DNA of 64,000 nt from sequence record OR192075.1; one strand, given 5' to 3'. Each line of letters starts with the position of its first letter. Positions within the stretch are counted from its first letter, which is position 1. Source of the DNA: Escherichia phage MIZ6. Made by a program: the position numbers and the translations under genes. Below, piece by piece: positions 53,480 to 63,506 of this stretch. Under the pieces are notes generated by a model. That model made no database searches, was not told where the DNA came from, and worked only from the letters and a program-made list of their open reading frames with translations.

Positions 53480-54318
53480 TGGCACGACTTTCTAAACAAG
53501 AACAAAAATTACACGATCGGGTGATGGAGTTGATTAATTCAGATCGCCCATTGACATATGAAGAAAAAGAATTTTGCTATAATAACTATCATGGCGATGG
53601 TCTAGGCGGTTCAGGTGCATTCTTTACCCCAGAAGGGCTTGCATGGGATTTTACCATCGATGCACATTGCACAGGAAAAGTATTAGATCTTTGTGCTGGG
53701 ATCGGTCGCTTATCTTTTTGTATGTTACATCGTTGTAAGCCAGAAAAGATCGTATGCGTCGAACTCAATCCAGAATTTGCGCGGATTGGCAAGAGACTAT
53801 TACCGGAGGCAGAATGGATCACCAGCGATGTATTCGAATTTGAGTCAAACGAAAAATTCGATGTGGTGATCAGCAATCCACCTTTCGGGAAAATCAATAC
53901 AACCAACACAAAGGATGTATTTGAGTACACTGGCGGCGAATTTGAATTTAAGGTTATGACATTAGGCCAGAAGTTTGCCGATGTTGGCTATTTTATTGTT
54001 CCTGTGGGTTCCGCTGGTTTTGCTTATTCCGGCAGACCTTATTATGACGGGACCATGAAGTCTAATAAATATCTAAAATGGAGCAAACAAACTGGTTTGG
54101 TGACTTATGCCGGATGTGGGATCGATACATCAATCTATCGCGATGAATGGCACAGTACCAACGTTTTAACAGAAGTGGTTGAGGTTCGGTATTACGAGAA
54201 AGAAGCCGTAGAAGCGCCTAAATCACGCCCTAACGAACAAATAGAAGAAAGTAAGGAGATTACCTTACCGAAACAGGAAAGCGAGTCTGGGACGCTCTCA
54301 GATTTGTTTGACATTTAA
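53479..54318 (+). CDS. N6-adenine-type (gamma-class) methyltransferase
   Basis: 279 aa; motif order AFFTP - VLDLCAGIG - VISNPPFG. Confidence 0.75.
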   Translation: MARLSKQEQKLHDRVMELINSDRPLTYEEKEFCYNNYHGDGLGGSGAFFTPEGLAWDFTIDAHCTGKVLDLCAGIGRLSFCMLHRCKPEKIVCVELNPEFARIGKRLLPEAEWITSDVFEFESNEKFDVVISNPPFGKINTTNTKDVFEYTGGEFEFKVMTLGQKFADVGYFIVPVGSAGFAYSGRPYYDGTMKSNKYLKWSKQTGLVTYAGCGIDTSIYRDEWHSTNVLTEVVEVRYYEKEAVEAPKSRPNEQIEESKEITLPKQESESGTLSDLFDI

Positions 54319-54324
54319 TTATAA

Positions 54325-54342
54325 GCCGTCCTTGTGGGCGGC
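54325..54342 (+). terminator. terminator hairpin after MTase cassette
   Basis: GCCGTCC-TTGT-GGGCGGC followed by T7. Confidence 0.55.
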
Positions 54343-54359
54343 TTTTTTTGTATGTATTT

Positions 54360-54367
54360 TATAAATA
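54360..54367 (+). promoter_or_regulatory. T4-type late promoter (TATAAATA) upstream of gp9
   Basis: TATAAATAATAC about 28 nt upstream of gp9 ATG, directly after terminator 54325-54342. Confidence 0.6.
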
Positions 54368-54394
54368 ATACATCATAACATGAGGAATTAAACA

Positions 54395-55249
54395 ATGGCA
54401 CAAGTTCCAAAGAAAAGAATAGACACAGGTACTGTCGGCAATCCATCGACTGGCGATATCTTATATGATGGCGGCAATAAAATTAACGATAACTTTGATT
54501 CAATATATGACGCATTTGCTGATCAGCGGTTTAAAGACGTAGACCACGGCGTGGGAAGAATGGTTATTCATGCAACCGGATACTATCAGAAGCATCCACG
54601 TCAAAGCTACGCTGGTTCCGCTGTTGAGATTGGGAGTCTACACGATATCGATACAACTCAAGGCGCACTTATTGCTATTCTACCTAAAGCAAAGGTCGGT
54701 GAGGGTGTTGTATTCATAAATAGTAACGGTAGCCTTTCAACGACGACACCGCTCAATATTCGAACTCAAGCAGGTGATTCTATTAGCGGTTATTCCGGTG
54801 ATGCTACAATAACACAACCATTTTCAAAAGTCACTGTTTGGTGTACTGCCGTTGAAGGTAGTCGCGTAACATGGCGATTGGGTATCGAAAGTATGTTTAC
54901 CGATACAACAACGCCATTAGATAAAACAGTTAACGTAACTGGAGTAGCAACAAACGTTGCTATTGCCGCAAAAACAGAATACGTTTCCATCAAATTATTA
55001 ACTACCGCTAGCAATACATCCGGTTCAAAAATGCGTTCAAGTGAAACGCTACTGATGATTGATTCTAAAGCCGGAAAAGTTTATGCGACGGAATATGCAG
55101 TTTTGCAGAAGACAGAAGATGAACTATACACGGTTCGTTATTTCATCGGTTCCGGCGATAAAGTATATGCAGAGTATAAGGCTACTGGCGAAAATATTCG
55201 TTTAGCAGTTAAAGCCGTAGACACTATTAAAATCGGGGTTGCTACATGA
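54395..55249 (+). CDS. 9: gp9 baseplate wedge / long-tail-fiber socket
   Basis: 284 aa; ..RIDTGTVGNPSTGDILYDGGNKINDNFDSIYDAF.. resembles T4 gp9. Confidence 0.85.
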   Translation: MAQVPKKRIDTGTVGNPSTGDILYDGGNKINDNFDSIYDAFADQRFKDVDHGVGRMVIHATGYYQKHPRQSYAGSAVEIGSLHDIDTTQGALIAILPKAKVGEGVVFINSNGSLSTTTPLNIRTQAGDSISGYSGDATITQPFSKVTVWCTAVEGSRVTWRLGIESMFTDTTTPLDKTVNVTGVATNVAIAAKTEYVSIKLLTTASNTSGSKMRSSETLLMIDSKAGKVYATEYAVLQKTEDELYTVRYFIGSGDKVYAEYKATGENIRLAVKAVDTIKIGVAT

Positions 55250-57048
55250 AACAATTAATTAATATCGGTAACGTTGTTGATGACGGTACAGGTGATTATC
55301 TAAGAAAAGGCGGTCAAAAGATTAATGACAACTTTTCTGAACTTTATACTAAGCTGGGGGATGGTGATATCCCTCATGCATCCGGCGCGTGGAAAACTCA
55401 CACACAACCAGTATTAAAACCAAATTTTGGTGATGCATGGGCGATTAATACAACGAACAACGCTGTTTCTGTTGAATTGCCTAAAGGAAGCGCGAGTGAT
55501 TATAATAAAACAATTAAACTTCGTGATGTTTGGCGCTCATGGGCTGCACATAACGTAACGTTGAAGCCAGCACAAGGTGATACCATTAAGGGATCTCCAA
55601 TCGACCGTGAGTTGTATAAAGATTTCATGGATGTTGAATTGGTTTATTGTGCGCCCGGACGTTGGGAATATGTCGAAAATAAACGAGTAGATACTATCAC
55701 CACTTCCGATTTAAGCACAGTCGCTAAGGAAGTTTATATTGCAACCGAAGGACAAACAGACTTCCCTAATGTGTTTGGTTCCAATACTTACAATATTCGA
55801 AATGTTGAAGTGTATTATCGCGGTAACTTGCTTTATTATGGCAAGGATTTAACCGATGATTCTAACTATGGTTCAATCGGTGAAAACGGTGATATTGTTC
55901 CTCTGGACGGTAAAAGCATTAAATTACGCTTCCCTTGTTCGGCGGGTGATACCATTCAAATCATCACTTATATGGACGGTATCGCATCCTTCCGGTCAAG
56001 CTATATTACTCATACAATCCGCGTTTATGAAACAGGAATGACCACTTTGGAATCCATCCCTGGTGAAGTTTGGGTCGGTGAACTTGCTAATAAGAAAGAG
56101 TTTACTAATGCTGAATTAGGCGTAAGTAAGCGAGATCTTATTAATCCAAATTCATTTGAATTGCTGATCAACGGCACACAAATGATTAAAGCGGGTGATG
56201 CGGATTTACCTTCCTTTATTTGTGAAGGTGCTGACGGTGAAACGGAAGAAACCTGCGTACTTGCTGGCGGTCAATGGGTGGAATCTGGTGAAGATTATTC
56301 ATTAATGTTTGACGAAAACAGCGTGGTGACTGGTATTAAATTATCTAAAGCACTAGATAACAGAGACACTATCACAATTCGCTGGTTTAATAATGATATC
56401 GGAACATTAATGGAATGGGACGGTGTAGGCGGTATTAAAGAAAAAGCAGATAAAATCTATCTTAATAACGAAGATGAAGTTACTCTGACAAATCGAATTG
56501 AATATACCGATTTCCAGAATCCAAGCCAAGCAACTAAACGCCCAATGGAAGATTATACAGGTCGTGTGATGGATATATATTCCATCTTTGATATTTTCCA
56601 TCCTATAGGCACAATTTATGAAAACGCGCATAACCCAGCTAACCCGGCGACATATATGGGAATTGGTACATGGGTACGTTATGCGGAAGGAGAATTTCTG
56701 GCTGGTTGGTCTTCTGACGCAAGCGATCAAAACTTCGCACTAAACAACAACGATCTTGATACACATGGTCAACCTACACACACCGCAGGTGGTAACGGTG
56801 GTGATGTTGCATACCAGATCAAGAAAAATATGATTCCTGAATTACAGAGCAACGATCGAGTTCTTGTAAAAGATGATAACGGAAATATTATTATCGGTGG
56901 TTGTCAGGTAGACCCTGATGCAGTAGGTCCAGCGTTTACCAAATATCGAGAAGATAATGTTAAGGTTAATCAGGGAAATACCGATCCATCAATGATGGGT
57001 ATTCTTCCTCCATACAGAACTGTCTATCGTTGGCTAAGGGTAGGTTAA
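55246..57048 (+). CDS. 10: gp10 baseplate wedge protein
   Basis: 600 aa; synteny. Confidence 0.8.
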   Translation: MKQLINIGNVVDDGTGDYLRKGGQKINDNFSELYTKLGDGDIPHASGAWKTHTQPVLKPNFGDAWAINTTNNAVSVELPKGSASDYNKTIKLRDVWRSWAAHNVTLKPAQGDTIKGSPIDRELYKDFMDVELVYCAPGRWEYVENKRVDTITTSDLSTVAKEVYIATEGQTDFPNVFGSNTYNIRNVEVYYRGNLLYYGKDLTDDSNYGSIGENGDIVPLDGKSIKLRFPCSAGDTIQIITYMDGIASFRSSYITHTIRVYETGMTTLESIPGEVWVGELANKKEFTNAELGVSKRDLINPNSFELLINGTQMIKAGDADLPSFICEGADGETEETCVLAGGQWVESGEDYSLMFDENSVVTGIKLSKALDNRDTITIRWFNNDIGTLMEWDGVGGIKEKADKIYLNNEDEVTLTNRIEYTDFQNPSQATKRPMEDYTGRVMDIYSIFDIFHPIGTIYENAHNPANPATYMGIGTWVRYAEGEFLAGWSSDASDQNFALNNNDLDTHGQPTHTAGGNGGDVAYQIKKNMIPELQSNDRVLVKDDNGNIIIGGCQVDPDAVGPAFTKYREDNVKVNQGNTDPSMMGILPPYRTVYRWLRVG

Positions 57049-57049
57049 T

Positions 57050-57694
57050 ATGATTTCTAAAACACGTTCAAAAGCTAGTGTATTTTCCAGCGATGCGGCG
57101 TTTATTTCATACGATCCAGGATCGAAAGATCCTGTTATCGGTGGTTCTCGTCCAATTGGTGGCGTTAATGTCGATCAATCAAGAAAAGGTTCCTATGTAA
57201 ACAACGTTCAATCTGCAATTGATGACCTTTATTCATTGTCAATGATCCGAATTGGTGATGTGTTGGTTACAACCAACTCAACTCCACCACAAGCCGCAGG
57301 ACAGATTGAAACTCTGTCATTTTCTGGTTCTGTTAACAATCAACATAATCCAGACGCAAACAAAGTATTAATTGATGTTTTGGGTTATCCATTTATTGTT
57401 GATGTTGGGTCTTCCGGCGTTTCTCTATGTGAGAAAGTAACGGAAAAATTTACCGAACTAATGAATAAAAACATTATGTTCAAAGAAGTAAAAAGAAAAG
57501 GAAGTAGCAACGACCAATTAGAAATTCATTATATCGATTCTCTTGAACACCCACCAACCGATATTAACAAGTACGGAATTACAATCACAGGAAATGTTGA
57601 TTCTCCTGCTCGTGTTGGTTATGGTTCATGGTCTCGAATGGGTACAGAAGAGAAATTTGGAACTACCCTATATTATTTCAAACGTATTGCATAA
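57050..57694 (+). CDS. 11: gp11 baseplate wedge / short-tail-fiber attachment
   Basis: 214 aa; synteny. Confidence 0.75.
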   Translation: MISKTRSKASVFSSDAAFISYDPGSKDPVIGGSRPIGGVNVDQSRKGSYVNNVQSAIDDLYSLSMIRIGDVLVTTNSTPPQAAGQIETLSFSGSVNNQHNPDANKVLIDVLGYPFIVDVGSSGVSLCEKVTEKFTELMNKNIMFKEVKRKGSSNDQLEIHYIDSLEHPPTDINKYGITITGNVDSPARVGYGSWSRMGTEEKFGTTLYYFKRIA

Positions 57695-57705
57695 GGTGAT
57701 GTATA

Positions 57706-59106
57706 ATGGCAAACAATACTATTAACCATGTAAAAGACGATGCTCAATACGTCAAGTTTAACCCTGTAAATGATTGGCCTCAAAGCATTACCAACGTACA
57801 AGCGGCTTTAGCCGCTATTAATGGCTTTGCCGTAAATGGATTACCGGACGCTACGGAAGATACAGCCGGGGTCGCTGCAATCGCAACTCAGGAAGAAGTA
57901 AACGACGGCACTGTAGACAATAAGATCGTGACTCCAAAAACACTAGCTGTTAAAATGTCACGTCCAGATGCTACAAAAGAAGTAAAAGGCATTACCCGAT
58001 TTGCCACGATGGAAGAATCGCTGCAAGAGAGCAACGAGAACATGGCAATCGGTCCAGACACACTAAACCATTACTTCACCACTAAAAAGGCGTCAGAGAG
58101 CGTTCAGGGGACTATTAAGATATGTTCTCTTGAGGCAGCAAAGATTGGCAGCGATGACACAATGGCAGTAACACCGAAAAAGATGCACACTGCTATTGCA
58201 CAGATTGTGCCGGGATTAATTCCAGATCAAAACACAGCAACCGAAAGCGCACAGGGTTTAGTTCAGTTAGCAACTAATGCGCAGGTTTTACAAGGCCAGA
58301 TTCGAGAAGGTTTTGCAATTAGCCCTTATGCATTTGCAAATGCTCGCGCCAATGAGAATCAGGCGGGTACTGTTAAGATCGCCAGCCAGTCACAGATGAA
58401 TGCTGGTTCAGATGATACTGTAGTTGTTTCTGCTAAGAAGTTTGCAAGCACTAAGGCAACAACGTCTCAATACGGCATTGTTAAACTACGAGACACCGTA
58501 GGAAGTGAGGCTAACGCTGCACTATCAGCAAATGCTAAGGTTCTTCCTAGCACTGGCGGTACGGTAAGCGGAAACGTCTATAAAGGTTCAAACTCAGACG
58601 GCAACCAGTTTGTTACTAAAAATGAATTAGCGAATCACGCAATGCCAATTGGTGGTATTATCCTTTCTGGATTCAATGCCGATCGAGGTGACTTTCTGAT
58701 CTGTAATGGTCGTTCACTGAATAAAAATCAATATCCGCAATTATTTTCTGCGATTGGTTATACCTTTGGTGGTTCAGGTGACAATTTTAATATTCCTGAT
58801 ATGCGCGGTTTAGTTGCTCGTGGTTGCGATCATGGAAGAAACCTTGATCCAGGTCGTCGATTTGGTTCTTATCAAGAAGATGCTATGCAGAGAATTACTG
58901 GTAAATTCCCTGTAGCTGACCGCTGGCGCGGTTGGTATGGTGGCGCATTTACTGCACAGCGCGGTCAATGGAGCACGAACTATAAAAACGGTGGTGGTGA
59001 TGATTGGGGTTCTACTGTTAACTTTGATTCAGGAAGATCCGTAAGAACGGCTAACGAGACTCGCGTCAAGAGTCTGGCATTAAACTATATCATAAGGGTG
59101 CGCTAA
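57706..59106 (+). CDS. 12: gp12 short tail fiber
   Basis: 466 aa; N-terminus ..YVKFNP..ITNVQAALAAI.. and C-terminal ..IPDMRGLVARG..LALNYIIRVR resemble T4 gp12. Confidence 0.85.
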   Translation: MANNTINHVKDDAQYVKFNPVNDWPQSITNVQAALAAINGFAVNGLPDATEDTAGVAAIATQEEVNDGTVDNKIVTPKTLAVKMSRPDATKEVKGITRFATMEESLQESNENMAIGPDTLNHYFTTKKASESVQGTIKICSLEAAKIGSDDTMAVTPKKMHTAIAQIVPGLIPDQNTATESAQGLVQLATNAQVLQGQIREGFAISPYAFANARANENQAGTVKIASQSQMNAGSDDTVVVSAKKFASTKATTSQYGIVKLRDTVGSEANAALSANAKVLPSTGGTVSGNVYKGSNSDGNQFVTKNELANHAMPIGGIILSGFNADRGDFLICNGRSLNKNQYPQLFSAIGYTFGGSGDNFNIPDMRGLVARGCDHGRNLDPGRRFGSYQEDAMQRITGKFPVADRWRGWYGGAFTAQRGQWSTNYKNGGGDDWGSTVNFDSGRSVRTANETRVKSLALNYIIRVR

Positions 59107-60875
59107 TGATTGAACAATTAAACATCCACGAGATCCCACATGTTGACGGTGTACCAAGCGAAGGACAGCACCGTATTAACTGGATCAAGAATGGCGAATG
59201 TTTAAGCGCAGCAACGACACAGACTGGCAATGACGGGACGCTTAACCGCGCCCCTGTTGCAATTCAAGAAAACGTTGCACGCGTAAACGAAAACGCAAAA
59301 TCAACCGTCGCTAAAGTTAACGAGGTTGTAACGGCGGTTAACGATATTAAAACAACTTTAGGGGTAATTTCTGACGGAAGTATCATTGATGTGGTTAACC
59401 AGACTGTCGCAAAAGTTGAATCCGTCGAAGATAACTTAGGAGAAACAGCAAGAACTCTACAAACAACGGTAGACGCTGTATCAGAACTTAACATCAAGAT
59501 TGGTGATCGCCCCGCTGCCGATCCTAGCACAAGAACAATCTATGATGACATTTCTTTCATCAAACAAGAAATGGGTTCTTATCCTAACTTTAATATCAAT
59601 GGTTCCCCTGATGCTGGCAGTTCCGGTTCTGGCATCAAATACCGAGTTATTCAGAATACCGCAGCATTAAATGACCACGGTCGCCGAATCATTCAGCTTG
59701 AAAACGACTGGCAAGATTCTGACGTAGGCGAGTTAACAAAACAAGTTAACAAAATGCGCAGTGAGATCGGCGACACGTCTCTTGCAACACAAGAAAATGT
59801 GTATGTTCGTCTCCGCACCAACGCAAGAAACATTGCTAACTTATCAAACGAAGTTCTAGAAGTCAAGAAAGCAATTTTGTTTGATTCAATCCCTGATATC
59901 GGGACTAAAGTCACTACGCTGGGAACTAATTATGAACGTCTAAACAATGATGTTAATGGTGTAGATTCCGGTATTCGTCCTCGTCTTCTGGCTGTCGAGA
60001 ATAAGATCGGAACGCCTCAATCGGCTGGAAGCATTGACTATCGATTAACCAACACAGAGCGAGAATTTTTAGATCTTAAACAGGTTGTTGGTGTAAGCGG
60101 TGCTGACGGTTTGCGCGGTGAAGTTGTTCGACTTTCCAATGAGATTGGCACTGACAGCGATCGACATACTCTAGCCGGACGTCTTAAAGTTGTAGAAAAC
60201 ACTCAGGGTCGGTTAGAAGCAAGCGTACAGGACATGGAACAGATTGTAGGTGATCGCGAATCAGGTTTGACCGCTGGCGTTATTAAACTATCAAGTGATA
60301 TCTATGGCGATGATGGTTCAGAAGATCCATTTACTCAGAAAGGCGTGATTAAAATCGTCAAAGAGCTACAAACATCTAACGGAAACAAAGTAGATGATGT
60401 ACCTGATGACGGTTTCCATTATCTGCGTAAGCGCGGAGAATGGGTGCAAGTTGCATATGCTACTGGAGCATTTAAAAATACCGCAGATATTACGGTTGAA
60501 CTTGACGAACAGGATGTTTATAAACCGATTCCGCTTAACGACATGGCGGAAGAAGTTAATGCTCGTCAAATGGTGAAAAGTGAATCTGTTGTTACCGTTC
60601 AGGACAAAGGTTTATTCCGTTGTGTATTCCGTTGTGATGTACAAGCTCAACATAATGCAACATTCATTGTTGCGATTTTCAAAAATGGACAGATGGTACA
60701 TGAAGCGAAAAATGGTCATTACGGAACAGACGAATTGATCAGCTATTCTACCAGTGCTTTCCTAAATATTGAAACGGGAGATCAGATTAACATCAGTATT
60801 AAGGGTGTATCTGCCGAAGCAGTAGCACAGCCAGTACAAATTAAAGAGTTCCTCTTTGGGATTTCTCCGGTATAA
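59106..60875 (+). CDS. wac: fibritin (wac) with foldon-like motif followed by ~135-aa C-terminal extension
   Basis: 589 aa; N-terminus ..VDGVPSEGQHRINWIKNGE..; foldon-like PDDGFHYLRKRGEWVQVAY at ~aa 430-450. Confidence 0.8.
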   Translation: MIEQLNIHEIPHVDGVPSEGQHRINWIKNGECLSAATTQTGNDGTLNRAPVAIQENVARVNENAKSTVAKVNEVVTAVNDIKTTLGVISDGSIIDVVNQTVAKVESVEDNLGETARTLQTTVDAVSELNIKIGDRPAADPSTRTIYDDISFIKQEMGSYPNFNINGSPDAGSSGSGIKYRVIQNTAALNDHGRRIIQLENDWQDSDVGELTKQVNKMRSEIGDTSLATQENVYVRLRTNARNIANLSNEVLEVKKAILFDSIPDIGTKVTTLGTNYERLNNDVNGVDSGIRPRLLAVENKIGTPQSAGSIDYRLTNTEREFLDLKQVVGVSGADGLRGEVVRLSNEIGTDSDRHTLAGRLKVVENTQGRLEASVQDMEQIVGDRESGLTAGVIKLSSDIYGDDGSEDPFTQKGVIKIVKELQTSNGNKVDDVPDDGFHYLRKRGEWVQVAYATGAFKNTADITVELDEQDVYKPIPLNDMAEEVNARQMVKSESVVTVQDKGLFRCVFRCDVQAQHNATFIVAIFKNGQMVHEAKNGHYGTDELISYSTSAFLNIETGDQINISIKGVSAEAVAQPVQIKEFLFGISPV

Positions 60876-60884
60876 GAAATTAAA

Positions 60885-60899
60885 GGGGCGTTAAGCCCC
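60885..60899 (+). terminator. terminator hairpin after wac
   Basis: GGGGC-GTTAA-GCCCC followed by TTTTT. Confidence 0.55.
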
Positions 60900-60921
60900 T
60901 TTTTCGTTTATAGGTGATATT

Positions 60922-61854
60922 ATGTCAGGATATGTAACCAATAACCCAAGAGAATTAAAAGACGCTATTCTGCGTCGTTTAGGCGCACCAGTAATTAACG
61001 TAGAAGTAACAGAAGACCAGATTTACGATTGTATTCAGAGAGCATTAGAACTCTATGGGGAATATCATTTCGATGGTGTGAATAAAGGATATAAAGTATT
61101 TCGTGTTAGTGCCGAGCAAGCGCAACACGGGGTATTTGATTTAAGCGATTCTGGAGTATTCGCAGTAACTAAAATAATTCGAACAAACGTAGGTAGCGCG
61201 GCTACGATGGATGGTACTGCCGTTTATCCGTGGTTTACTGACTTTCTGTTGGGTTTAGCTGGTGTAAATGGCGGTTTAGGATCTGGCTGTAGTAAATTTT
61301 ATGGTCCAAATGCAATGGGTGGTGATCTAGGATATTTCGAACAGCTTATGAGCTATCGAGCCACTATGCAAAATATGCTCAATCCGCTGCCAGATTATTG
61401 GTATAACAGCGCAAACGGACAACTTAAGATAACAGGAAACTTCCGAGAAGGTGATCTCATTGTTGTTGAATTATATGTTAAAAGCTATGTAGACGTTCCT
61501 GATATGATCGGCGCGGTTGCTGGTTATGCTCATGCGGGAGGATGTTCTACCGCTGGCGGGATTAGCGCCGTTTATGATAATCCAACTGCTGGTTTAAGCG
61601 GGATTGTTGCTGGCATGGGACCGATCAGTGAGAACAAGCAGGGCGCATATAATAACCGTTGGGTTAAAGACATGGCAACCGCTTTCACTAAGGAGGTGTG
61701 GGGGTCCATCATGGCTAAACATCAAGGTCTGCAATTACCCGGCGGTGTCACTGTTGATGGTATCCGAATCATTGAAGAAGCACGCGCCGACATTGAGAAA
61801 TTGCGACAAGAACTAGAATTATTAGATCCTCCGTTCGGCATCCTCATGATTTGA
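60922..61854 (+). CDS. 13: gp13 neck protein
   Basis: 310 aa; synteny. Confidence 0.8.
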   Translation: MSGYVTNNPRELKDAILRRLGAPVINVEVTEDQIYDCIQRALELYGEYHFDGVNKGYKVFRVSAEQAQHGVFDLSDSGVFAVTKIIRTNVGSAATMDGTAVYPWFTDFLLGLAGVNGGLGSGCSKFYGPNAMGGDLGYFEQLMSYRATMQNMLNPLPDYWYNSANGQLKITGNFREGDLIVVELYVKSYVDVPDMIGAVAGYAHAGGCSTAGGISAVYDNPTAGLSGIVAGMGPISENKQGAYNNRWVKDMATAFTKEVWGSIMAKHQGLQLPGGVTVDGIRIIEEARADIEKLRQELELLDPPFGILMI

Positions 61855-61892
61855 TTTATTGTGGGGGAGTATTCCCCCATTTGGAGTAACAT

Positions 61893-62633
61893 ATGTTTAA
61901 CAACACTCTTTTTGCTCGCCTTGAATCGCAAAAGGATTATGAGAATACACGACAAACAGAGATTCTTAATCCTTATGTGAACTTTCACAAATATACAAAT
62001 ACTCAGACGTTAGCCGACGTTATGGTCGCCGAAGCTATTCAGATGCGAGGTGTAGAATTATATTACATCCCTCGTGAATTTGTCAAGCCAGATATGATCT
62101 TTGGTGAGGATGTTCAAAGCAAATTTACTAAAGCATGGAAATTTGCGGCGTATATTAACTCATTTGATGGGTATGAAGGAGCGGGTAATTTCTTCTCTAG
62201 TTTCGGGTATCAAGCTAATGATGAATTAACTTTTACGGTTAACCCCAACCTATTCAAACATCAAGTAGATGATCAAGAGCCAAAATCAGGTGACTTAATT
62301 TATATTCCGATGAGTAATGATTTATTTGAAATTAATTACGTTGAGCCATATCAGCCGTTTTTTCAGGCTGGCAAAAATGCCATGCGTAAAATTATTGCAG
62401 AGAAATTCGTGTATAGCGGTGAGGAATTGCGACCAGAATTACAACGCAATGAGGGAATTAATGTTGATGAGTTTGCGGATCTGGATCTTGCACCGATCAC
62501 TAATCTGGACGGGTTAACAGATATCAACCTAGATCAGTACAAAGAAGATAAGCAATTCAGAAGCGAAGGACAAGATTTTATTGATCCGTTTGATCCTATT
62601 AATGGCAAGGGTTCACCTTTCGCCGATTTTTGA
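61893..62633 (+). CDS. 14: gp14 neck protein
   Basis: 246 aa; synteny. Confidence 0.75.
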   Translation: MFNNTLFARLESQKDYENTRQTEILNPYVNFHKYTNTQTLADVMVAEAIQMRGVELYYIPREFVKPDMIFGEDVQSKFTKAWKFAAYINSFDGYEGAGNFFSSFGYQANDELTFTVNPNLFKHQVDDQEPKSGDLIYIPMSNDLFEINYVEPYQPFFQAGKNAMRKIIAEKFVYSGEELRPELQRNEGINVDEFADLDLAPITNLDGLTDINLDQYKEDKQFRSEGQDFIDPFDPINGKGSPFADF

Positions 62634-62659
62634 TAAATACTCATAAACAAGGGGGTCAA

Positions 62660-63493
62660 ATGTTCGGTTGGCACTATAATTCGTCAATTAGACGGTATAT
62701 TGTATTGCTGGGTAATTTATTCTCCGGCGTACAAATTAAAAGGGTGCGTAGCGACGGTGAGCGTTTTATTAAAGTTCCTATCACCTACGCAAAGAAAGAA
62801 AAATTCATGATGAGTCTGGACAAATATAACAATATCTCAAGTGAGGAAGACGTAGCAAAGGTAGAAACTATTTTACCGCGTATGTGTCTTTCTTTGATTG
62901 ATATGACATACGCCCAGAACTTTAAAACAAATATTGCAAATAAGACAGTACCAAAATATACGGCTGATGGAATCAGGAGCGTAACACAATATAATCCTGT
63001 ACCATATAAGTTTACTTTCGAGTTAGGGATTTATACGCGTAACGAAGATGATATGTTTCAGATAATTGAACAGATTCTTCCTTACTTCCAGCCTCATTTT
63101 AACTGTAAGATTAAAGAACTACACGGTAATGATGTATGGATTGATCGAGATATTCAGGTCACAATTAGTTCTATTACTCCAGATGAACAGGTAGGCGAAG
63201 ATAAGTTTTCTCGTCGTCGTCTTGAGTGGACCATTATGTTCGAATTTATCGGGTTTATATATCCTCCAGCTACCGACGTTAAGGGGGAAATCAGAACGAT
63301 TTATCTTGATTTTCATGCCAATTCTCGTGAATTGAATCCTAGCGGTAATTTTGAATCAGTGGATCACGAGGTCGTTAAACGTGACGTCGAGCAAGAAGAA
63401 TGGGATGGAACAATCAAAGAATCATATTCTAGTGATATTCCAATACCAGTTGCACCGACCCCACCGGGTCCACGTATTGTAAGAGAATTTTAA
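62660..63493 (+). CDS. 15: gp15 tail completion/sheath stabilizer
   Basis: start ATG 62660 (MFGWHYNSSIRRY..) with GGGGG RBS; resembles T4 gp15. Confidence 0.85.
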   Translation: MFGWHYNSSIRRYIVLLGNLFSGVQIKRVRSDGERFIKVPITYAKKEKFMMSLDKYNNISSEEDVAKVETILPRMCLSLIDMTYAQNFKTNIANKTVPKYTADGIRSVTQYNPVPYKFTFELGIYTRNEDDMFQIIEQILPYFQPHFNCKIKELHGNDVWIDRDIQVTISSITPDEQVGEDKFSRRRLEWTIMFEFIGFIYPPATDVKGEIRTIYLDFHANSRELNPSGNFESVDHEVVKRDVEQEEWDGTIKESYSSDIPIPVAPTPPGPRIVREF

Positions 63494-63506
63494 GAGGTAA
63501 TTTATT

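Noticed and set aside
53589-53930. 113-aa minus-strand ORF
   Set aside because: Antisense to the methyltransferase gene, whose frame carries the FFTP / DLCAGIG / NPPF motifs.
61863-61878. Hairpin GGGGGA-GTAT-TCCCCC between gp13 and gp14 as a terminator
   Set aside because: Not followed by a T-run; more likely an RNA stability or attenuation hairpin, or a chance palindrome, than a terminator.
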